From Candidatus Poribacteria bacterium (GTDB taxonomy: Bacteria > Poribacteria > WGA-4E > UBA9662), in the NCBI GenBank assembly GCA_046582655.1, contig JAYGDX010000259.1, positions 24,343 through 88,342 of the forward strand: a DNA stretch of 64,000 nucleotides. The letters run 5' to 3'. Every line of letters begins with the position of its first letter. Within the stretch, counting starts at the first letter, position 1. A model generated the notes under the pieces. That model was not told the DNA's origin, made no database searches, and worked only from the letters and a program-made list of their open reading frames with translations. Below, in pieces: positions 52,269-61,800 of this stretch. A program made the translations under genes and the position numbers.

Positions 52269-52549
52269 ACAATATTAGAGAAGGAAATTTTTTGCTACTG
52301 ATCGATCAAATGTTAGTCACTGTGTGTGTTAGAATCTCTTTTCTTCAAGTTTTACCAATTCTAATTCCTGCTGATTTGTCAGCGATCATCCTTAATATGA
52401 CTGAATCGGATAATTCAGGTACTCATTTGAATAAGAACTCAACTTAATAACCATAGAGAATATTGAGTCTAGGGCACTCTATTGTCCTAGGGTTGAGCGT
52501 TATAATATTGAGTAGGAAGAAACATAACACTATTTCTAGGCTGTAACGG

Positions 52550-53132
52550 TTACCCAAATGACAAATAGTCGAAAATCTGTTTAACGGTTTGATCTCGGCT
52601 CGAATCAATAGCAGCAAAAACCATGGCCAAGCTGTTCAGATTATCGAGGCCATTGGATTCAGGAATACGTCGATTCTCAATAGCGTCTAGAAATCCCTCG
52701 AAAGCCGCCAGCTGCCCTTTCTGTGGAGAGCTGACAGGCATTACTTCATCACGCGGCGCACTTCGATTTCCATGATTGGCTCCTTTTCGTTCGATATAAA
52801 GATCAGGATATAACATAGTAAGTGTTCCTATTTCACCTACTACTCGTATTTCGCCATACCAATCGGTCATATCACCTGATGAAATGGCGTCCGCATGATA
52901 GGTTACGGGAAATCGGTCTTCCTATAGTGAAATGTGCTATTCCCGTAATGTCTCCGGAAAATTGGCTGTATGGAGTATTCCAACTGTCGGCCCAAACACT
53001 CACCGGATTTCTACCAAGCAAAGCTCGGATCAGGTCGAAATGGTGAATGCTCATTTCAATAAACAGCGGATCTAACATTTCATGACGGAATTCTCCCCAA
53101 GAATAATATGGCGCCCAAAAATAGTGGGTCAT
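52550..53132 (-). pseudogene. Gfo/Idh/MocA oxidoreductase, C-terminal half only, frameshifted
   Basis: IEMSIHHFDLIR ... DNLNSLAMVFAAIDS in two frames; no Rossmann N-domain upstream. Confidence 0.75.
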
Positions 53133-53549
53133 ATGACTGTATTGAGGTTACTGAGCTAATCTAAGGTATTGGACTTGTTTTGCCAGTAACGGATTTTGGA
53201 TCCAAGGAACTCGACCTGGCCTGAATTCTGCTACAACATCCGATTTTTTCATCCTTTATTCTGATTATTATAAGTCCTCAATCTCGTTTGAAATCTCTTT
53301 ATCCGAAATGAGCACTGACTGTTGATGAGCTTCTAGTTATCTTTGCCATGATGATAGCAGCCACAGTAATTCCGACTCGCTAGAAAATGAATAGTCGAAG
53401 CGAATATAGATCCATCTCACTTACCAAGAACCATAAAAAAACTCCTTTAACCTGTTTAGAACCAGTTCTGCATATCGATTGTCAACAATAGCAGAAGGTG
53501 CTATAATCAAGATAGATCAATTTTTAAGCAAAACACAAGGAGAATAAGG

Positions 53550-54317
53550 ATGAAAGTTGGAATTCGAGACGGGATGTTAGGTCTGTCGCTGGATCAAACG
53601 TTCCGCAAGGTTAGCCAGATTGGCTTTGATGGTATTGAAGTTTGCATGGGTGTTAACTATCAGGATCATTTGATCTGGCAAGACGGCGGTGCAGACCAAC
53701 TGAAAGCATTGTCTGAAGAACACGGCCTTAAAATCCCATCGCTATCTCCTGGCGGGTTCACGGCATTTACATTTTCCCATCCACAGGATTCAGTGCGGTC
53801 TGAAGGCATAGCCATGCTACAGCGACTAATCGAAGTTTCACCGGAACTGGAATCAAAGGTAATTCTTGTTCCATTCTTTGGAAACGGGGAAATTAAACAA
53901 GAAGATTTAAAATCTAACCGGTTTATCGACGGATGGAAAACAGTCGCAGAAACAGCTGAGAAATTCGACGTTCAACTCGGAATCGAATCGACGATTAATG
54001 CCGCTGACCATCAACTTATTATTGACCAAGTGGGTTCTTCGGTAGTTGGTGTGTATTATGACATGGGTAATGCAACCACATTTGGTTACGATTCGGTTCA
54101 GGAGATTCATCAACTCGGTAATGCAATCGTGCAGATGCACATTAAAGAAACTGGGGGTAAGCACCCCGGCGAGGGTGATGTCGATTTCCCGGCTGTTATT
54201 GAAGCAACACATAAAATTAATTATGATGGTTGGCTTGTCCTTGAAACGCCTGCTAAAGAGGATGCGGTTGCTTCTGCCGTTAGAAACATGAACTTTGTCC
54301 GCGAAAATTATGGATAA
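53550..54317 (+). CDS. Sugar phosphate isomerase/epimerase (xylose-isomerase-like TIM barrel)
   Basis: GFDGIEV, GIES, YYDMGN, HIKE and VLET. Confidence 0.9.
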   Translation: MKVGIRDGMLGLSLDQTFRKVSQIGFDGIEVCMGVNYQDHLIWQDGGADQLKALSEEHGLKIPSLSPGGFTAFTFSHPQDSVRSEGIAMLQRLIEVSPELESKVILVPFFGNGEIKQEDLKSNRFIDGWKTVAETAEKFDVQLGIESTINAADHQLIIDQVGSSVVGVYYDMGNATTFGYDSVQEIHQLGNAIVQMHIKETGGKHPGEGDVDFPAVIEATHKINYDGWLVLETPAKEDAVASAVRNMNFVRENYG

Positions 54318-54386
54318 GATTTGCAAATAAATTCCTGCAAATCTGACTTTTCTGATATCTACTGAAATAATTCTATATCTGATAAA

Positions 54387-55267
54387 CTATATCTCAACTA
54401 GTTCGGAGAAGCCAGATCCCTCTAATTTTTTATGAAGTATCTTCTGGTTTTCGTTACTTATTGGGTAACTAGGTAACCGAGGGTTACCACAATCAAATCC
54501 AAGCATTTTCATCACCTCCTTTAAGGCTTCTGGAAATCCAACTGCTATTATGACATTGGTTACTTGGTTAGCATACTGTTGTAGTTCATGTGCCCGATCA
54601 AGTTTGCCATTTTTTCAGCAGTCTTGAATTTGGCAGTAAACTCCCGGCATACAGTTGAGCGTTGAGCCAATATGACCGTGGGCACCTTGCATGGTAGCAA
54701 AAACGCATTGTTCGTCCATTCCAGAAAGAACCGTCCAGTTTTGCTGACGTAGATCAATGACATGTCGAAGTTCATACATATTCGAATTGGAATATTTTAA
54801 GCCAACAACATTTGGAATATCGACTAGGCGCTTCATTAACGGCATCAATAGACGTACCAAAATGTAAGAAAAAATAGGCAGATTGGGAACATATTCAGCT
54901 ATTTCGGCGTAATAGTTATAAAGATCCTCCACACTCCGGTATTGAGGCAGAAGAACACTACTTAAACCAGATGCACCATTTTTTTAGCGTGTTGTGAAAG
55001 ATCTATTGCGTCCTTCACAGCAACTGCACCAGCATGTACAATGACTGGTACCCATTGGGAAACCTTTTGAATTACTGTCTTTGCAACCAGTTTTCGCTCC
55101 AGCACTAACATATAAATCCCTTCCCCTGTTGTGCCACAAATATATAAACCACCAATACCTTTCTCAATCAGGCGCTCAACTAAAGATTCCAAAACTGATG
55201 GGTTTACTTCATCATCCTCAGTAAACGGAGTTATCAAAGCAGACTAGGCTCCATTAAAATTCGACAT
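54387..55267 (-). pseudogene. N-acetylneuraminate lyase / DHDPS-family aldolase, disrupted
   Basis: MSNFNGA*SALITPF (TAG 55244-55246), GTTGEG, frameshift at an A-run near 54980, VVGLKYS, in-frame TGA 54615-54617, and a tail GNPRLP ending at TAG 54387. Confidence 0.85.
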
Positions 55268-55429
55268 AAAACTCCTCATTTCAGTTTCAAAGTTTCACGG
55301 ACTAGGGATGGATGGTAACTGATCTGAGAGTTTTGGTGAGAAAAAATATTTAACCCGGAAAAAATATCAAGTAACCTAGGTAATAGCGGAGGTAGGTAAT
55401 GAAAGTAGGATCTAAGGACAAAGAACCAA

Positions 55430-55486
55430 TAAAAATAAAAGAGGTAGCAAACTATCTTGTTAAGCCATAGTAGTTTGTTACCTCTT
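55430..55486 (-). terminator. Intrinsic terminator after glnB
   Basis: 16-bp inverted repeat (55439-55454 / 55471-55486, one mismatch) followed by a U-rich tract on the minus strand. Confidence 0.65.
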
Positions 55487-55514
55487 GAATCTTGAACGTG
55501 ATTGCTTGTTTGTC

Positions 55515-55910
<396 letters not shown>

Positions 55911-55918
55911 ATTTGCTT

Positions 55919-57328
55919 TTAGATATCATAGTACAAAAAGAATTCATAAGGATGCGGACGCATGTTAATGGCCTCAACCTCGTTCTCCCTCTTGTAATCG
56001 ATCCATGTATCAATTACATCCTGAGTGAAAACATCACCTTTCAGTAAGAACTCATGATCTTTTTCCAATTCATCCAGAGCTTCACCTAACGAGCCTGGTG
56101 TTGAACCAATGTTAGCTAGTTCATCAGCACTAAGCTCGTAGAGATCAACATCAGTTGGATCACCTGGGTCAATTTGGTTTTGGACACCGTCAAGCCCCGC
56201 CATTAACATGGCGCTCATAGCAAGGTATCCATTACAAGCAGGGTCTGGAGCTCGGAACTCAACACGTCTTGCTTTCTCGCTCTGGGAGTAAGTCGGAATA
56301 CGAACGATCGCACTCCTATTCCGAGCAGAATAAACAAGATTGACCGGAGCTTCAAAACCTGGTACCAAACGCTTGTAAGAGTTGGTTGTCGGTGCGATTA
56401 TCGCACACAATGCACGTGCATGTTTCAATAATCCACCAACATAATGCCTTGCGGTATCACTCAACAGTGTGTCTGGGGAATACATCATATTCTTTCCGTC
56501 TTTCCAGATACTCTGGTGGACGTGCATGCCAGAACCGTTGTCCTGGAAAAGCGGCTTTGGCATAAAGGTCGCTGTCAGACCATGCTCACGAGCCGTGTTT
56601 TTAATAACATACTTGTAAATTGCCAATTTATCGCAAACTCTCGTCATTGTGTCGAATCTCAAATCAATTTCAGCTTGACCAGCGGTTGCAACTTCGTGAT
56701 GGTGTACCTCAATATCTACACCCGCATCAAGTAATTTGAGAACCATTTCAGAACGCAGATCTTGAAAATGATCGCTGGGTGGAACAGGAAAATAGCCTTC
56801 TTTGGGTCGTAGTTTATAACCGAGGTTGGGGCCTTCGTCTTTTCCCGAATTCCACGTAGCTTCTATGGAGTCTACTGAATAAAAACTGGTATTTGTAGAT
56901 TCTCCGTATTTCACATCGCTGAATAGGAAAAATTCAGCTTCCGGCCCCCAGTAACTTACATCTCCAATCCCTGTCGAAACGAGGTAATTCTCAGCTTTTT
57001 GGGCGATATAACGAACGTCCCTAGTATAATTTTCTCTGGTGATAGGATCTTCAATATTACAAATTAGACTCAGTGTAGGGATCTTACAAGCCGGATCAAT
57101 TATTGCTGTAGATGGATCTGGCATCAAAAGCATGTCACTTTCGTTGATTGCTTGGAACCCACGAATGCTGGATCCATCGAAACCTGCACCATCTTCGAAT
57201 AAATCTTCGGTTAACTCTTGAACAGGCATCGAGAAATGTTGCCACATGCCTGGAAGGTCCGTAAATTTTAAGTCGATGAACTTGACGTCTTTTTCTTTGG
57301 CTAAAGTGATCACGTCACTTGGTGTCAT
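55919..57328 (-). CDS. glnA: Glutamine synthetase type I
   Basis: FDGSSI, HHHEVA, ATFMPKP, NGSGMH and NRSA. Confidence 0.98.
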   Translation of the reverse strand: MTPSDVITLAKEKDVKFIDLKFTDLPGMWQHFSMPVQELTEDLFEDGAGFDGSSIRGFQAINESDMLLMPDPSTAIIDPACKIPTLSLICNIEDPITRENYTRDVRYIAQKAENYLVSTGIGDVSYWGPEAEFFLFSDVKYGESTNTSFYSVDSIEATWNSGKDEGPNLGYKLRPKEGYFPVPPSDHFQDLRSEMVLKLLDAGVDIEVHHHEVATAGQAEIDLRFDTMTRVCDKLAIYKYVIKNTAREHGLTATFMPKPLFQDNGSGMHVHQSIWKDGKNMMYSPDTLLSDTARHYVGGLLKHARALCAIIAPTTNSYKRLVPGFEAPVNLVYSARNRSAIVRIPTYSQSEKARRVEFRAPDPACNGYLAMSAMLMAGLDGVQNQIDPGDPTDVDLYELSADELANIGSTPGSLGEALDELEKDHEFLLKGDVFTQDVIDTWIDYKRENEVEAINMRPHPYEFFLYYDI

Positions 57329-57529
57329 AGAGATTTTACCTTTCTAAAATAGGTTCAGCTAGTTAGGCATATTTGTCTACTTTAATAAAAGGGAAAACAG
57401 TATGCCAGAATTTTTATTGAAGCATATCACAAAAAAACATTATAAACAACCATAATCATTATCATTTTATGTCAATTAATTCGCATCGAAATGCTGTAGT
57501 TTTGGGCATCTCTTTGGTTTTGAGCATCT

Positions 57530-58105
57530 TTATTGTTGGTCCCGCCTAAAACGACTGGCTTCTGGTTCTATCTGCCCGGAGTATTTGTTACCAGGTTTCT
57601 GCTTATACGGCACGCGAGATGGAGAAGATAATTTCGAAAAAGTGAACGCGCATATTCTCATACCGGGATATAGCATCACAGGCATCCTACCCAAGTTCCC
57701 AAGTTCTAGCGTTGCCGTACCAACCCAACCTGGGTCGAAAAGCCCTGCTGTACTGTGAACAATAATACCTATTCTAGCCAAACTACTTCGCCCCTCGAGA
57801 CGTGCCATGATATCGTCTGAAATTTCAAGGGTTTCTACCGTGGCAGCCAGAACAAAATCACCTGGCTGGATCGTAAATGCTTCTCCCTCTGAAATGACAA
57901 CTTTCCGCATTAGGTTGGCAAGATCGAATTCGGCACGTAAATCGATGGAAGGGTGTTTACTGTGCTCGAAAATCCGAAAGACATTACTGAGTCTAAAATC
58001 AATTGAGCATGATCCCAGTTGTTCTGTCAAGTCTGGTTGGGGAAAGATTTTGATTTTCCCTGTTTCCAGATACTTAACAATGTCTTGATCTGATAAAACC
58101 ATCAT
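57530..58105 (-). CDS. dcd: dCTP deaminase
   Basis: LSDQDI, GRSSLARIG, AGLFDPG, LELGN and KYSGQ. Confidence 0.95.
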   Translation of the reverse strand: MMVLSDQDIVKYLETGKIKIFPQPDLTEQLGSCSIDFRLSNVFRIFEHSKHPSIDLRAEFDLANLMRKVVISEGEAFTIQPGDFVLAATVETLEISDDIMARLEGRSSLARIGIIVHSTAGLFDPGWVGTATLELGNLGRMPVMLYPGMRICAFTFSKLSSPSRVPYKQKPGNKYSGQIEPEASRFRRDQQ

Positions 58106-58115
58106 TAATTGCCTG

Positions 58116-58660
58116 TCATTCTGATATTTTGTTGTATATGTTCACAGTGTCACTCGGAGTCTCAACAAATTGGAAGAGATTTAGATCCTCAGGACTGATC
58201 ATTCCCCATCTTGTCATTGCGTGATAATTTTATTCCGGTATTCAGTATTTGCATTTCCCCCTGTTTGGACGAGTGTTAGAACTTCCACCAGTTCATCACA
58301 GGTACCAAAACCACTTGAAAAAATAAGCAAAGCTTCTACCAAACATGTACAAACCATAATTTCCCCATGAAGAAATGGTGCAACTCAAAACCAAGTTTTG
58401 TTGGCACTTTGTTCAACGGAGAGACTTATACTCAGACCGGTGGACTTTGCTCCGGCAGGAGTAACCCTTTATTGACGGTTTCCATAATACTGCTACCTCC
58501 AACTGAGCAAAACAACGATCCTTTGGGGAAAGAGCCATCGACCACCCCAGTCAGCAGTTTGGATGTCTCAACTGCTTCTTAACAACTGATGCTTAGCAAA
58601 CTTGAGATCGTGTTGTCGATTTGTGTTCAAGGGTTCAGAAGATGCTTCCTCAAATTTTAA
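58116..58660 (-). pseudogene. LOG family (TIGR00730-like) nucleotide phosphoribohydrolase, heavily decayed
   Basis: Not in the ORF track. Fragments across frames: EAVETSKLLT, GGSSIMETVNKG, AGAKSTGLSISL, ELHHFFMGKLWF, SSGFGTCDELVEVLTLVQTG and WGMISPEDLNLFQFVETP. Confidence 0.8.
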
Positions 58661-58860
58661 AATCGACTCACCCTTTTATTTCACTCACTTGATGCTTAAT
58701 TTATCAGACCTTACTTTAGTGGTCTAATAAGCTCCTATATGATCCGAGCATTCGTATGCCTCAGGGAATCCAGGATCGTAGGACCAATTCAATTCTTGTC
58801 TATCAGAGGGAATCTTGCCGACAAAAAACCCTAAACGTACTTAAATTTCTGTGGATTGGC

Positions 58861-61800
58861 TTATTTGACAATGATCATTTTTCGCGTTTGTATATAGTAA
58901 TCATCGATTTTCAGTGTGTAGAAATAGAGGCCACCGGCGACGGTTTCACCATTGTCATTTCGTCCATCCCAGTAGGCCGCTTTCGATCGATGCGCATAGA
59001 TGCCAGCCAAGTGGTGTCCCAGTTCAACTGACCTCACGAGCTGACCATCCACATCATGGATCTGAATGCTGATATCACCATCGCTTGAGAGCTGATATGG
59101 TATCCACGTTTCAGGATTGAATGGATTGGGATAGTTGGCAAACAACTTCGTTTGTCGGGGTATTTCATAGGCGATCAAATTTGGCAGTTGCGCAAAACTG
59201 CCTGTAACATCCGCTGCAGTAACCTGATACTCGATTGGATTTATACGATAATGATTGCTTTTAACTGTAGCGCTCACTTCTAAAAAATCACCAATTTGGG
59301 CTGCTTGTTGATGCAATATATCGACGAACGTAACTTGGTAGTCGCTTGATTTTGAAGTCAGCATTGTATCTGTTGTTCGATTGTGGATGGTGATGAAGAG
59401 ATCTTCCTCAAAGAGTGCCTCATTTTGATCCTTAACCTGTCCGTTGACTGAGAAGACAGGAGTGTGGTTTGTGATTTGAATAGATGGCGAGGCACCAAGT
59501 GACTTTGCGGATCTTGTCATTATTGCTTCAAGTTCGACTGGACTCATCGTCCAGGCCGAACCGATAATTTCGGCTTGCCCGTCATCAAGTGCGGCCACAA
59601 TAAAGGATTTGCCTCCAGTTACCTGAACATCACCATCATCTCCCTGTTGGGTGACAACCTTGAATTCACCGTCTGTAGCCACAATAATTGAGGTGGCGTT
59701 ATTACGCATTCCAGGCAGTTTTAGTAAATCACTAACCACAGAAACTTGACTCGTCTGTAGAGGGACACCAATTAAGTTCAACCCTCGACGAAGCTGAATT
59801 TGACTTCGTCCTTGATTGCCCAATTCACTTCCACTAATTGGTAATACCATGCGACGTTTCATCACCGTAATTATACCGGTATCTTCAGCAACCGGCTTAT
59901 CAGCACTGGTATTTCGACTTTGGTCTCCAAGATAACTGCGCCAGGTACGTTTTTCCGTATCGAAGGTAATCAGTAAGCTTACGTTGGTCTGACCGCCGAG
60001 CGCATCATAAACATCCCCAACTGTTTCGATCTGAGTTTCTTTCCCATTAATCAACTCAACGGACAATGGAATATGAATCATTCCAACACCTGCTGGTACT
60101 TCTAAATTAAATTGAGGAGGTCTCTGAAACTCGACAGGAAGATCCTTCACAGTTGTTTTTCCCTGCATGTCAGTAACTTCTATCCGGATCAGGTGCTGCC
60201 TGCCACTAAGTTTAATTTGCGTTGGTATTCTGGCAAAAGCGAGGTACCTCCTTATTCTTGATTCTGTTAGATCACTGCCAAATTTTTCAATCTCATCTGC
60301 TCCAGGTTCGATTTCGGAGATATTAATCAAGGATAATTCAGACCATTTCGGCTCGTATGATGGTTCATCTTGTACAGAGTCTGAGATAAATAGCATTGGC
60401 CTGCTCTGGATGTTGGTGGTGTATTCGATAGTGAAACGATCACCGCTTTGCAGTTCTAAGGGGGATACTATGACACGGTGAAAAATAGGAGCGGATTCAA
60501 TCGTAATGATTGCTTTTGCTTCTCGTGAAGTGACATTACCGTTTACATCTGTCATCTCGATGGAAATTTCTGCATTGACACCCAGATCACCACCACGAAT
60601 CATATACGCGCCAACGTATTGAGTTTCGAAGTTGCCACGGGAAAGCGGCAACTTTTCCGTTATTCCCCTTATCTCAAATGTCCCACTGGCGTTAGCTTCA
60701 GAGACGACCAACATTTTGAACGTATCACCGATATTCAATGTGCCCGTCTCTCTGATGATCTTAGTCTTACCATCCGATGCCTGCAGAACTGAAGCAGTAA
60801 TCGAAAGGATTTCTGCTTCAGTATCGATCTGAATTGGCGTGCTGGTCGTTGTTTCCGTTGTGTTTCCATTTGCATCAAAAAGGATAACTGTTATCGGAAC
60901 AGCGGCTGCCAGACCTTCAGCTTTGGTTATCTGGTCAGAAGTAATCTCATATTGGAATGCCCAGATCGTATCGTTTGCTTGTTCGTCGTTGTGGCCTCCG
61001 TTATTATAAAGTTCACCTTCGCCCAGTGGTGGGTTGATAGCATCTCCACCTATCCGGTATGTACCACGAGCCGCAATATCGAAAGCGTCCCGCTGAATAA
61101 CTTTAATTGTCACAGATTTGCCTATTTCAGCTCCGGTAATGACGTCATCACCGCCGTCATGACTAGCCGTCAAAATTGCTGGGCCAATATTATCTAGCAC
61201 ATAGGCAAATGGCCTGAAATAGGTTTTTCCACCGACTTGAATCGAAAGTGTCTTGTCACCTGGCAGGAGTGGTTTCTTAATCAGGTACTTGGCGTTAAGA
61301 TTTCCATTTGCATCAACATTACCATATGTAATATCTTCCGAAAATCCAAGGTCAATCTGAACCGAAGCATAGGCAGGGTAACCTGAACCTTCGATAAGGA
61401 TAGCTGTTCCAACACTACCTTCGGAGGGATTAACAATCAAATCTCCGGGAACGATAGTAATTTCGGTTTCTGCCGCGCTCTTTTGACCGTCTACCCTGAT
61501 GACCCGTCTGCCCTGTGCTAATGGGGGCGTTGTAATTGTCAGTTCAAAATTGCCCGTTGCCGTACTTTTAACCTCGTCTTCAAGACTCATAGATACCCCG
61601 CCAATTGTCACAGATAACGTTTCATCTGCGCCTAAGCCTTTTCCTATAAGTGTAATGGGTTCACCAGGTTTGAACTGGCTATTGGCAGCCGGTTGATCTA
61701 TAGACCCTAAGATTGTTAGTTCAGCTTGTATTGTTGGGGTTGAATTAGGGTCACTGTTTGCGCTGTCTGTGACAACAATCTTGAAAGTTCCTCCGGGCAG

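Noticed and set aside
53140..53440. Possible small membrane-protein remnant behind an AAGGAG RBS
   Set aside because: Immediate stops and no family that I can recognise.
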